Shown here in pieces: positions 1 to 9,613 of a stretch of DNA of 64,000 nt. This DNA comes from Trueperaceae bacterium (GTDB lineage: Bacteria > Deinococcota > Deinococci > Deinococcales > Trueperaceae). Within the stretch, counting starts at the first letter, position 1, and every line of letters begins with the position of its first letter. A model generated the notes under the pieces. It was not told the origin of the DNA, searched no databases, and saw only the letters and a program-made list of their open reading frames with translations. The stretch covers positions 1,088,001 through 1,152,000 of the forward strand of contig CBDCDZ010000004.1 of NCBI GenBank assembly GCA_965215565.1. The letters run 5' to 3'. The translations under genes and the position numbers were made by a program.

Positions 1-2
1 TT

Positions 3-791
3 GCGTCGCAGGTCTCTTCGGACCAGTTCGGTGGGGCGATTCGCGCACATCTGCGAGAGAACGGGGTGAGCACCGAGTTTTTGTTGGAGAGCGACGCCCC
101 CTCGACGCTGGCTTTTGTCGGTGAAGTCGAAGGCGAGGCTGTTTTTGACTTTGTTGCGAACCGCTCCGCCGACGTCCTCTACGATCCGCAGCCGCGCCAG
201 GATTTCGGCGACGTCAAGATGGTGCAGTTCGGCTCGATCAGCCTGCTGCAAGAACCCGCCGCGACGACGCTCACCGAGACCGCCGCGAAACACAGGGAGC
301 GCGCAACCGTCGTGTTCGATCCTAACGTGCGCCCCGCGCTCATCCCCGACAGAGAGGCGTTCGAGGCGCGGCTCAGGCGCGACTGGTTGCCGATCAGCCA
401 CCTCGTCAAGGTGAGTTCGCAGGATTTGCGCTGGCTCTATCCCGGTGACGCTTACGAGGCGGTAGCGCGGCGGTGGTTAGAAAGTGGTCCCCACGCGGTT
501 ATCGTGACGGACGGCGGCGAAGGGGTGGCGCTTTACCGCGCTCAACACGACGAACTGCGCGTGCCCTCTTACGACGTCGAGGTAGTCGATACGGTGGGCG
601 CAGGAGACACCTTTACGGGCGCGCTGATGGTGTCGCTTTTGGGGTGGGGCGAAGCGCACGCACTCGCTGACGAGGCGTGGCGCGGGGTCCTCCGCGCCGC
701 CGCCGCCGCCGCCGCGCTCAACTGTACCCGCGCCGGGGCTGATCCGCCGACTCGAGAGGAACTCGAGGCATTTTTACGGGAGCATTCCTAA
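3..791 (+). CDS. PfkB-family carbohydrate kinase (fructokinase-like), 5'-partial
   Basis: Frame open from window edge; FDPNVR and VVDTVGAGDTF PfkB signatures. Confidence 0.9.
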   Translation, partial: ASQVSSDQFGGAIRAHLRENGVSTEFLLESDAPSTLAFVGEVEGEAVFDFVANRSADVLYDPQPRQDFGDVKMVQFGSISLLQEPAATTLTETAAKHRERATVVFDPNVRPALIPDREAFEARLRRDWLPISHLVKVSSQDLRWLYPGDAYEAVARRWLESGPHAVIVTDGGEGVALYRAQHDELRVPSYDVEVVDTVGAGDTFTGALMVSLLGWGEAHALADEAWRGVLRAAAAAAALNCTRAGADPPTREELEAFLREHS

Positions 792-798
792 ACAAGCC

Positions 799-836
799 GC
801 AGTGAGAAGAGGTCTGAGAGAAGCTCTTCTCACTGC
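799..836. terminator. Hairpin between convergent genes
   Basis: GCAGTGAGAAGAG ... CTCTTCTCACTGC perfect 13-bp inverted repeat. Confidence 0.65.
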
Positions 837-872
837 ATATGCAAACCGTATACGAACCTCGAGCGTACAGCC

Positions 873-1940
873 TTAAAGTTGCTCGCGGCGTTTGACATAA
901 CGCCGCTGCCCAAGGATGTTTTTGACGGATACTGCCCACCAGAGTATCAGGAGTGCTGCGACGGCGAGCGCCACGAGCGGAAGTAGGAGCGTCGGCTGCA
1001 ACGTGCCGATGACCGTAATCACGCTGAGCATCACGCCGATAAGTAAGATTACCGTCGTGACCCGCCTGTGGCTGAGCCCTGCTTGCACGGCCTTTTGGTA
1101 TGCGTGCGTATTGTGCGCTTCGTACCAGCGCTCGCCGCGCAGCGTGCGCAAGATAAGCGTGGCAGTCGCGTCGACGAAGAAAACGGCGAAGAGGGCGAAC
1201 CAGCTCAGCAGCGGCAGTGCGCCCGTATTCTCCGAGTAAATTGCTAAAAGCGCAAAGACGAAGCCCAAAAATCCGCTACCCACATCGCCCATAAAGATTT
1301 TTGCGGGCGGCCAATTCCACACGAGAAAGCCTAGAATAGCGCTGCCTAAAATAAGCGCGACGAACGCCAGCTCGGGATGCTGCGCGAGCAGGAGCAAGCC
1401 CACTGTGACCGTCACGAGGACCCCTTGCCCCGAGGTGAGCCCGTCGATGCCGTCCATGAAGTTGTACAGATTGAGCATCCATACCACACCGAGCCACGCG
1501 AGCGGATAGCCGAACCAGCCCAGCGTCAAAGACGCGCTTCCCAGGGACAGCTCTGGCAGTCCGCCCAGCCAGTAGAGCGCCCACGCCGCCGCGAGCCCTT
1601 GAAAGAGGAAACGCACACCCGAAGAGAGGTCGTAGCGGTCGTCGAGCCAGCCTAGCAGCGCTACCACGCCGCCCCCACCGACGAGCGCCAGCCAGAGCGC
1701 TTCGCGCTCCGGAAAGAGGAGGAAAAAGGCGAGCCCCGCGCCCAAAAACGAAAGGACGAAGGAAAGACCGCCGCCCCTCGGGGTCGGGGTGACGTGAGAG
1801 GAGCGCACGTTAGGTATGTCTAAAATGTCGCGGCGCAGCGCGTAGCGCCTGTACCACCCCGCGAGCATATAGCTGAGCGTAAACACAGCGAAGAGGAAGA
1901 ATGCCGCGATGGGGACACCTAGCATGGCGTGCCCTGCCAA
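873..1940 (-). CDS. MraY/WecA-like polyprenyl-phosphate sugar-1-phosphate transferase
   Basis: RSSHVTPTPRGGG, LGWLDD, NLYNFMDGIDG and IFMGDVGS motifs; multi-TM; start may be ATG 1925. Confidence 0.9.
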   Translation of the reverse strand: MAGHAMLGVPIAAFFLFAVFTLSYMLAGWYRRYALRRDILDIPNVRSSHVTPTPRGGGLSFVLSFLGAGLAFFLLFPEREALWLALVGGGGVVALLGWLDDRYDLSSGVRFLFQGLAAAWALYWLGGLPELSLGSASLTLGWFGYPLAWLGVVWMLNLYNFMDGIDGLTSGQGVLVTVTVGLLLLAQHPELAFVALILGSAILGFLVWNWPPAKIFMGDVGSGFLGFVFALLAIYSENTGALPLLSWFALFAVFFVDATATLILRTLRGERWYEAHNTHAYQKAVQAGLSHRRVTTVILLIGVMLSVITVIGTLQPTLLLPLVALAVAALLILWWAVSVKNILGQRRYVKRREQL

Positions 1941-2066
1941 CCTTTAGTGGCTGCGCTGCACTGTAAAGTAGCGCGCGCCAAAGCAGCCCTTCGTAAAGAG
2001 GTGGTTTGCAAAGCAAGTCGCTTAGCGGCTCGCCGAGTGGCGGTTGGTTGCCCCCTCATCCTCACG

Positions 2067-2939
2067 TCAACCCCGTCCTTTCATCAACGCGATTTCGCGT
2101 TTTACGCCCTCGTCAAAAGGTCTCGGGCGATAGCCGAAGTCCGCTTGCGCCGCCCCCAGGCTATACGCTTTATCTTCAGCCAGACGTAAAATCTGCTCCT
2201 CACTGACGGGTGAGGGGAGCCCCGTTCGTTTCGCGACCTTCGCGGCTAGAGCCGCAAGCGCACTCGGGATGTGGACGAGCCGCTGCGTTTTACCGAGCGA
2301 GCGCCGCGCGGTCTTGACCAGTTCATTATAGCTTAGCGTCTGCCCACCGCCGATATTGTAGCTCTGGTTGTACGTTTCGGGCTTGGCGAGCACTTCAGCA
2401 ACTGCCCAGGCGACGTCCTCGACGTGGACGGGCTGCTGCAAAGCGCGCCCCGAGCCCACCACCGGAACGACGGGGAGCCGCTCGCATAGACGCAGCAGCT
2501 TGATAATGTTCTCGTCCTTGGGCGTGCCGTAGATCATCGTGGGCCTCAAAATCGTGTAGGTCAGGCGGCTCTCGCGGATGCTCTTTTCGGCGGCGAGTCG
2601 CAGCGGCTTGGTGCGCGCGTCCAGCTTCGTAAAGATACCCGTCGAACTTACGAACACCGCCCGCTCGACGCCCGCCTCCTCGTACACTCTGACGAGTGCG
2701 GCGGCGGGCAAGTTAGCGAGGTTTGGAACGTTGAGCACTGTGTCGTAAGGTTTCAGCACGTCTTGAAGCGTTTCGGGTTCGCTCAAGTCGCCTTGGACGA
2801 GCGACGCGCCTAGCGCGCGCAAGGTTGTAGTGTCGGAGGAGGGTCTGACGAGACAATCGAATTTCAGCCCTCGCGAGAGCAGTTCTTTGCAGACATGTTC
2901 GCCTAAAAATTTGGTTGCCCCGGTTAGTAGAATGTTCAT
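2067..2939 (-). CDS. NAD-dependent epimerase/dehydratase family (atypical SDR)
   Basis: ILLTGATxFLG Rossmann start, YTILRPTMIYG, QPVHVEDVA. Confidence 0.85.
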   Translation of the reverse strand: MNILLTGATKFLGEHVCKELLSRGLKFDCLVRPSSDTTTLRALGASLVQGDLSEPETLQDVLKPYDTVLNVPNLANLPAAALVRVYEEAGVERAVFVSSTGIFTKLDARTKPLRLAAEKSIRESRLTYTILRPTMIYGTPKDENIIKLLRLCERLPVVPVVGSGRALQQPVHVEDVAWAVAEVLAKPETYNQSYNIGGGQTLSYNELVKTARRSLGKTQRLVHIPSALAALAAKVAKRTGLPSPVSEEQILRLAEDKAYSLGAAQADFGYRPRPFDEGVKREIALMKGRG

Positions 2940-3119
2940 AATCGCTCGATTCTTGGCTCTTTCTCGCTTTCAGTCTACGAAACGAGAAGCGTAGAAGTAT
3001 GAATCTCGTCACACTAGGTTGCACGTCCTAAATGATGGGCGTCGTGCGGGCTGCGCGCGCTAGGAACTGAAGCGCGCAGCCAAGAGGTAGTTCGTTTCAC
3101 TAGTGAAGATACGCTTTAA

Positions 3120-3339
3120 TGGCAGTTTCAAAACATACTGAGACGGATGAGCGCAGATTTCAACTCGCAAACCGATCCCGCTCTCAGGCGAAGCCTAGCG
3201 GGACGGCTTCGCCTAAGAACGGAACCTCATCTCTTGAAGTGCGTGCTAGTTACGCAGTTTTCCGCAAGAAACATCATTTTACAAAGTGAGAGTGTTGCTT
3301 CGCACCGCTTCGCGCACTCTGACCAGATGGTACCTGCTG
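3120..3339 (-). mobile_element. MITE-like element, long variant
   Basis: Reverse complement starts CAGCAGGTACCATCTGGTCAGAGTG and ends TGAAACTGCCA; colinear with copy at 54392-54571. Confidence 0.7.
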
Positions 3340-3494
3340 TGAGATTTCTTCACAGCCACCGAAGCGAGACTCGAGGCTTAGCAGCTACGTTCAAAGCTCG
3401 CTACAAACTACGCTCCGAGCGTTGCGGCACCCGCCGGGCTCGTAGCAGTTTCGAACACATACACCTTGTGAAGAGGACTCGAGCCCGCCCCAAC

Positions 3495-4757
3495 TTAGCG
3501 CTGCGCTTGCGCGGCGAGCACGCGCTCCAAGTCCCGCGTGAGCTTCTCCCTGGCGAACATCTCCTCGGCTAACTTGCGCGAGTTCTGCCCCATAACGTCC
3601 AGACGCTCTGGCTGCGCCGCCAAAATCGCGACTTTGTCCGCGAAATCCTGCGCGTTATCCGGCTCGACGAAAACGCCCGCATTGTGCTCTTCCACGAGCC
3701 CCTGCAACCAGCCCGGCATGTTGGTCAGGACGGGCTTGCCCGCCGCAAATGAGTCGAACATTTTGTTGGGCGAACAGGTGTAGAGAATGGGCACATTTTT
3801 GTAGATCGTCATGGCGACGTCGGACGAGGCGACGAGCCGCGCGACGTCCTTCTTAGAGAGGTTTTGCTCCGAGAAAACGACGTTGTCTAGGCCTTCGGCC
3901 TCTTTGCGCGCCTCCAACATGGGGCGCTCTTTGCCGTCACCGTGGAGCACGAAAACGACGTCGTCATGCGCGCGCCGCTTCAACTCCGCCGCGCAGTCCA
4001 GCACGAAACCCAGGCCGTTCGCCTCGCCCATCGCGCCGAAATAGAGCAGCGCGAATTTACCACTCGTGCCTAAGCGCGTCCTAAAGTCTCCCCCGTCCAC
4101 CTCCGGGCTGAAGATGTCTAAGTCCGAGGAGTTGGGGATGACGCTGACTTTTGCGTCCGGGACGCCCTTAGCGAGGATACCCTCTTTCATGCCGGGCGAG
4201 AGCGCGACGATGTGAGAAGCCTGATTGTAGGCGAGCCGCTCGAGCGCCAACGCACTCCACACGAACGGCTTAGACTTTAGGGCCCCCATCTGGATGGGCG
4301 CTTCAGGCCAGAGGTCGCGGACCTCGAAAACGAAGGGTGTGCGCGAACGCTTAGCGGCGTACATCGCGGGGAGCGAGATGGTCAGGGCGGGGCTAGTGGC
4401 AAAGATCACGTCGCCTTCAAGCGACGCGGCTTTGCGCGCCGCGCCCGTCGCGAAGCGGACGTACGACTTGATCCGCTCCGCGTAACCCATGTAGTTCGAA
4501 TAGGGTACGGGCAAGAGGTGCACCTTGATGCCCGCCTCGTCCGCTTCAAACCAGCGCCCCGCCGCCTTCGCGTTAGGGTAAGCGTCTAAGACGTCTACGT
4601 TGCGGTAGTCAGGGCTGTTGAGCGTGTTGCCAAAGCTCGAGGTGACCATATGCACCTCGTGACCCCAAGAGGTGAGCCTGCGGGCGATCTCATACGCTCT
4701 AGTGTGTCCGATCATGGCAGTTGTGCGGAAAAATTGCTCGAGATAAACGATTCGCAT
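3495..4757 (-). CDS. Glycosyltransferase family 4 (WbuB-like)
   Basis: FEVRDLWPE, VIPNSSDL, SPNKMFDSFAAGKPV motifs; TGTTAGCTT 6 nt upstream of ATG (leaderless). Confidence 0.9.
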   Translation of the reverse strand: MRIVYLEQFFRTTAMIGHTRAYEIARRLTSWGHEVHMVTSSFGNTLNSPDYRNVDVLDAYPNAKAAGRWFEADEAGIKVHLLPVPYSNYMGYAERIKSYVRFATGAARKAASLEGDVIFATSPALTISLPAMYAAKRSRTPFVFEVRDLWPEAPIQMGALKSKPFVWSALALERLAYNQASHIVALSPGMKEGILAKGVPDAKVSVIPNSSDLDIFSPEVDGGDFRTRLGTSGKFALLYFGAMGEANGLGFVLDCAAELKRRAHDDVVFVLHGDGKERPMLEARKEAEGLDNVVFSEQNLSKKDVARLVASSDVAMTIYKNVPILYTCSPNKMFDSFAAGKPVLTNMPGWLQGLVEEHNAGVFVEPDNAQDFADKVAILAAQPERLDVMGQNSRKLAEEMFAREKLTRDLERVLAAQAQR

Positions 4758-4776
4758 TAGGCTAAGCTAACATATG

Positions 4777-4882
4777 TAACGGATATCACCTGGTCAAAAG
4801 CACGCCCCTGTGAGGTGCTGCTTGGCACGTGTTATAAGACGACGCTCGAACAGTCCAAGCTCAGGGAGGTTGGAAAGGCGTT
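4777..4882 (+). mobile_element. Highly degenerate copy of the MITE-like repeat
   Basis: TAACGGATATCACCTGGTCA resembles TAGCAGGTATCATCTGGTCA; CAAGCTCAG near right end as in 51538 copy. Confidence 0.3.
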
Positions 4883-5274
4883 CGCAGGGCTCTTTACCCA
4901 CTGTAGGGCTCTTCGCCCACGCAACAGCCGTGCGTTGAGGAGCAGGATACGCTGACGCTTCACGTTCACTTCATAGTCGGCGCTACACCTGTACAGACTG
5001 CGCAGCTTATGGTCAAATGTACGCTGAGCGCGGAGGTAGGGTGAGCGATCTCAAAGGTGAGGCGGCTCAAAAGCGTTACAGTTGTCGGGGCTAAAGTGTC
5101 GGGGCTAAAGGACTAAGACGGAGGCGTCGGGATAGTAACGCCGGGACTAGAACACTCGAACAGAAACACCCAGACAGAAGCACCGAGACGCAGAAACTTG
5201 GGCGTTGTACATTAAGATAACGAATGGGCTGCGCGGACGAAGGGATCACGAACAGAGGTCATGAGGCTCGAGCG

Positions 5275-6483
5275 ATGAGAATTCTGTATGTCACAACCAA
5301 GCTCCCCTTCGGGCATACTGAGGCGTTCGCCATCTCCGAGATCAACGCGTTGCGGCGCGCAGGGCACGAGGTGCGGCTCGCGCCCTGCACCACTCCGGGT
5401 GACATCGTTCACGGCGACGCGGCGCAGCTCCTCCCCTTGACCTACGTGGAGCCCCTCATCTCGAGCCGCATCATCAGCGGGCTGGGCGCTGAGCTTCGCC
5501 GCGCACCCCGTCATAGCCTGCGCACAGTAGCGAAGATGCTCAGGGGACGCAGACGCATCCCTCTCAAAAATGCCGCAGTCGCGCCCAAAGGGATTTGGCT
5601 GGCGAGCGTCGCGCGAGCGTGGGGCGCGGACCACATCCACGCTTACTGGGCCTCGACGCCGGCAACGATAGCGCTTATCGCGAGCGAAATCGCAGGCGTC
5701 CCCTGGAGTTTCACCGCGCACCGCTGGGACATCGAAGAGAACAACCTCTTGAACGAGAAGGTCTCGAGCAGCAGCTTCACCCGCTTCATCTCGCAAGACG
5801 GGCTCGACGACGCTCACGCGCTCGGTATCACGCAGTTAGCCGAAAAAGGTACCGTCATCCGCATGGGCGTCGAGTTAGAAGAGGCCGAGACGGCACGCGA
5901 AGACGGCGCACAAAATAGCGCTCGAGGTGACGCGCGCTCCACGATCATCTGCCCGGCGAGCCTCATCCCGCGCAAAGGTCTGATTTACCTCATCGGCGCT
6001 GCGTCGCGCCTTAAAGCAAAGGGCTTGGGCTTCAAAATCATGCTCGCCGGGCAGGGCGAGCAGCGCGCTGAGCTAGAGCACCTCGTCGCCGCGCAAGGGC
6101 TGGGCGGGCACATCGAATTTCTGGGTCAAGTCTCGCACGAAAAGCTCATCGAGACCTACCGCTCGGGTCAGGTGGACATCGTCGTGATGCCCAGCTTGCA
6201 CGAGGGCATCTCGGTTGCGATCATCGAAGCGATGTCGTACGGTGTGCCCGCCGTGACTACAGCCGTCGGGGGGATGCCGGAGCTGCTCGCCGAGGGTAGG
6301 GGGCTACTCGTGCCGTCGGAGGACGCGGCGCGCTTAGCGGACGCTCTAGAAAGGCTGCTCACCAAACCCGAACTGAGAGAGCGTATGGGGCAACAAGGCA
6401 AAGCGCACGTCTTCGCGGAGTACGCCATCGAGACAACTGTCGCGCGGATGATCGCGCAATTCGAAGCAGCGAAGCGCGCCTAG
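5275..6483 (+). CDS. Glycosyltransferase family 4 (WcaL/AmsK-like)
   Basis: HIHAYW, PWSFTAH, EGISVAIIEAMSYG; start placed at MRILYV. Confidence 0.9.
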   Translation: MRILYVTTKLPFGHTEAFAISEINALRRAGHEVRLAPCTTPGDIVHGDAAQLLPLTYVEPLISSRIISGLGAELRRAPRHSLRTVAKMLRGRRRIPLKNAAVAPKGIWLASVARAWGADHIHAYWASTPATIALIASEIAGVPWSFTAHRWDIEENNLLNEKVSSSSFTRFISQDGLDDAHALGITQLAEKGTVIRMGVELEEAETAREDGAQNSARGDARSTIICPASLIPRKGLIYLIGAASRLKAKGLGFKIMLAGQGEQRAELEHLVAAQGLGGHIEFLGQVSHEKLIETYRSGQVDIVVMPSLHEGISVAIIEAMSYGVPAVTTAVGGMPELLAEGRGLLVPSEDAARLADALERLLTKPELRERMGQQGKAHVFAEYAIETTVARMIAQFEAAKRA

Positions 6484-6495
6484 AGGTTATACCTT

Positions 6496-7122
6496 GTGTC
6501 CTTGACCCTACGCACGCTCACCGGCTCACAAATCCGCGACTATCTGAGCGCACTTGCCGACCTGCGCATTCAGGTCTTTCGAGAGTGGCCTTACCTCTAC
6601 GCGGGCGATCACGACTACGAGACGCGCTATTTGCGCACCTTCGCCGAGTCCGAGGGCGCACTGCTCGTCGCGGCGTTCACAGATGAACCCACCCGTGCAG
6701 ACGAACACGCTGACGCGCGTTTAGTCGGTGCGTCCACCGCGCTGCCCCTACAACACGAGCACGCCGAGCTTCGCGAGCCTTTTGAACGTAATGAAGCGGC
6801 GCCGCCGCCGTCCGAACTGTACTACCTCGCCGAATCGGTGCTGCTCCCCGCTTACCGGGGACAGGGCGCAGGGCGGCGCTTTTTCGAGGCGCGCGAGGCG
6901 CACGCTAAAACGCTGGGGTTTACACGCACTTGTTTCGCAGCGGTGCAGCGTGACGATACTGATCCCCGCCGCCCCGAGGACTACCGCGAACTCGCCCCCT
7001 TCTGGCGTCGCCTTGACTACGTCCCCCATGATGACCTCGTCGCCCACCTCGCCTGGCAAGAGGTAGGCGACGATGAGGAGAGCGCCAAGCCGCTCAAGTT
7101 TTGGCTCAAAAACTTGTCTTGA
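6496..7122 (+). CDS. GNAT-family N-acetyltransferase
   Basis: LRIQVFREWPYLY and ESVLLPAYRGQGAG acetyl-CoA loop. Confidence 0.85.
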   Translation: MSLTLRTLTGSQIRDYLSALADLRIQVFREWPYLYAGDHDYETRYLRTFAESEGALLVAAFTDEPTRADEHADARLVGASTALPLQHEHAELREPFERNEAAPPPSELYYLAESVLLPAYRGQGAGRRFFEAREAHAKTLGFTRTCFAAVQRDDTDPRRPEDYRELAPFWRRLDYVPHDDLVAHLAWQEVGDDEESAKPLKFWLKNLS

Positions 7123-7227
7123 GTATTTGAGCGATTTTGCACTTCCGAGCATAAAGATAAATTTTCTGTAAGCAACGTGTAAACGATTTACGGCGGTGAA
7201 GCTCATCTATGCTGCTTACTGTAGAGT

Positions 7228-7434
7228 ATGACCCAGCTCGAGGACTTCACTCCACTTAAACATTATGCGCAAACCGTCTCTCGCATGAGCGGTTCCGAAC
7301 GCGCCGTCGGCAAAAGGCGACTTAAAGGGCACATGCTCAATTTTATTCGCAAGCACGGCCTCCTCGAGGTCGACGAAACTTGGAGAACGCTCGCGGACGC
7401 GCTTTTTGACATCTACCCGAAACAACTCAACTGA
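7228..7434 (+). CDS. Small hypothetical protein (68 aa)
   Basis: ATG ORF filling intergenic gap, protein-like composition, TACTGT 5 nt upstream. Confidence 0.45.
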   Translation: MTQLEDFTPLKHYAQTVSRMSGSERAVGKRRLKGHMLNFIRKHGLLEVDETWRTLADALFDIYPKQLN

Positions 7435-7658
7435 TACGACTGCTACAGCTTCACCAGCCAAAATTCTGCCAGCCCTGCTGCTTCTCCTCCCGAAAGCGCT
7501 GAACCCAACGTTCAGAAAGGTCATCAGCTAAGGGCTCGAGCTTGGGCGGCGCGAAGGTGTGGCGCTCAGGAAATTATAAGAGCGTGCTACCCGTGCGCTG
7601 GGAAAACCAGACCGTATACGAACGGCTCGGTCTCATATATCAACCATTCATTCCCACC

Positions 7659-9179
7659 TCAAGACTGAATCAGCGACTCGCCCGTCATCTCTTCAGGCTT
7701 GTTCAGCCCCATCAGCGCCAGAATCGTCGGCGCGACGTCGCCTAGCACCCCGCCCGAACGCAGCGCATGTTCGCTGCCGATGAGCACACAGGGCACTGGG
7801 TTCGTCGTGTGGGCGGTGTGCGGGCTGCCGTCTTCGGTGAGCATCTTTTCGGCGTTGCCGTGGTCCGCGATGACGATGACCGCACCGCCCTTTTCGGTAA
7901 AGGCGTCTACAATCTTACCCAACCCTTTGTCAGACGCCTCGCACGCTTCTATCGCGGCGTCGATGACGCCCGTGTGACCCACCATGTCGGGGTTCGCGTA
8001 GTTGATGAGGATGAAGTCGTCGTCAAACTCCTGGATGCGCTTGACGGTGTCCTCGGTGAGTTTCGGGGCGCTCATCTCAGGCTGGAGGTCGTACGTAGCG
8101 ACGTCGGGGGAGTCGATGATGTCTCTCGTCTCGCCTTCGAAGGGGGTCTCGACTCTCGCGTCGAAGAAATAGGTCACGTGCGGATACTTCTCGGTTTCAG
8201 CCGTATGGTACTGGGTTTTTCCGGCGAGGCTCAAGACTTCGGCGAGCGGGAGCGTGAGTTCAGGCAGCGCCAAGGCGAAGGGTACGCTCAACTCCTGGTC
8301 GTATTCCATCAGCGAAGCGTAGTGGATATCCACAACCTTGCAGCGCTCAAACTTGTCCCAACCTGCGTCACCCAAAAGCGCGTAGGTCATCTGCCGAGCG
8401 CGGTCCGCACGGAAGTTGAAGAAGACCACGGCGTCGCCCTCGTTAAGGCGTGCGACGGGCTCGCCTTTACTTGTGATGACGGTCGGTTTGATGAATTCGT
8501 CCGTCTCGTCACGGTCATAGGCGTTTCGCACCGCGTCTTCGGCGCTTTCAGCAGTGAATTCCGCCTCGCCGCACACGACCGCGTCGTACGCCTTTTTGAC
8601 CCTGTCCCAGCGGTTGTCGCGGTCCATCGCGAAATAGCGCCCGGAGACGGTGGCAATGGTAATGTCGTGCTCCAACTCGTCAATTTTCTCCTGCAACTGC
8701 GCCACGAAGCCCCGCCCCGAGTCCGGCGCGGTGTCGCGCCCATCCGTGAAAACGTGGACGTAGACAGGCGCAGTTCCCTCGCGCTTGGCGAGTTCTAGGA
8801 GCCCGTAGAGGTGCCCCATGTCGCTATGCACGCCGCCGTCACTCACCAAACCCATGAGGTGGAGGGCGTTACCCGCGTCGTAGGCACCGTTCAAAACCTT
8901 GTTCTCGAAGAATTCGCCGCTGTCGATGAGCTTCTGAATGTACGTAAGGCTCTGCATCACCACGCGCCCCGCGCCTAAGTTCATATGCCCGACTTCGCTG
9001 TTGCCCATCTGTCCGTCAGGTAAGCCCACCGCCTCACCCGAGGCCTCGAGTTCGGTGCGGGGACACTCGTTCCAGTAGCGCTCGAAGTTGGGGGTATTCG
9101 CCCTAGCGACAGCGTTGCCTTCACCCTCCGGGGCGAGACCGAAACCGTCGAGAATGACGAGCATGACTTTTTGACTCAT
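7659..9179 (-). CDS. gpmI: 2,3-bisphosphoglycerate-independent phosphoglycerate mutase
   Basis: LVILDGFG, GQMGNSEVGH, FNFRADRARQ, NPDMVGHTG, ADHGNAE. Confidence 0.97.
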   Translation of the reverse strand: MSQKVMLVILDGFGLAPEGEGNAVARANTPNFERYWNECPRTELEASGEAVGLPDGQMGNSEVGHMNLGAGRVVMQSLTYIQKLIDSGEFFENKVLNGAYDAGNALHLMGLVSDGGVHSDMGHLYGLLELAKREGTAPVYVHVFTDGRDTAPDSGRGFVAQLQEKIDELEHDITIATVSGRYFAMDRDNRWDRVKKAYDAVVCGEAEFTAESAEDAVRNAYDRDETDEFIKPTVITSKGEPVARLNEGDAVVFFNFRADRARQMTYALLGDAGWDKFERCKVVDIHYASLMEYDQELSVPFALALPELTLPLAEVLSLAGKTQYHTAETEKYPHVTYFFDARVETPFEGETRDIIDSPDVATYDLQPEMSAPKLTEDTVKRIQEFDDDFILINYANPDMVGHTGVIDAAIEACEASDKGLGKIVDAFTEKGGAVIVIADHGNAEKMLTEDGSPHTAHTTNPVPCVLIGSEHALRSGGVLGDVAPTILALMGLNKPEEMTGESLIQS

Positions 9180-9390
9180 AAAAACTCCAAACGAAGGTGA
9201 AAGGCGAGGCGTGCCGAGTATAGCGGCTGAAGCGTCACGCTCGCACTCTACCTCTACAGACCGGTTAGGGGAAAGAGGTCTGCTTCGCTTTTAAGTGGGT
9301 GCTGGAAATAACCTAAATTAACGAGGTTGACAAAACGCATTTGGGAAATCTTTCCAGAAAGTTTAGATTGCTTTAGGCTGGAGTACTTAA

Positions 9391-9525
9391 CAGCAGGTAT
9401 CATCTGGTCAGAAACACTCTCACCTTAGAAAACACTGCTCAGCGCGCACATCTATGAGATAAGGTTCCATTACAGCAAGCTGTGAAATTTGTGCCCGTTT
9501 AGCTCAATATGTCACGGAAATGCTA
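9391..9525 (+). mobile_element. MITE-like element, degenerate
   Basis: CAGCAGGTATCATCTGGTCAGAAACACTCTCAC ... GGAAATGCTA. Confidence 0.6.
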
Positions 9526-9565
9526 CGTCTCTGCAACGTCATTAAGAACGCGCCAGACAAGAAGT

Positions 9566-9598
9566 GGGAGGGGCTCGAGTCGGACTCGGGCCCCTCCC
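9566..9598 (-). terminator. Terminator-like hairpin after G8-domain gene
   Basis: GGGAGGGGCTCGAGT-CGG-ACTCGGGCCCCTCCC. Confidence 0.6.
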
Positions 9599-9613
9599 CT
9601 GACTTTATCTTCT

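Noticed and set aside
3147..3572. 141-aa ORF, and 54560-54757 ORF
   Set aside because: They run through MITE or tRNA sequence; no protein-like features beyond the short DUF4258 relic.
7767..8798. 343-aa plus-strand ORF and other long antisense ORFs (e.g. 11189-11968, 58683-59285)
   Set aside because: Shadow frames opposite well-supported genes in GC-rich DNA, with no motifs.
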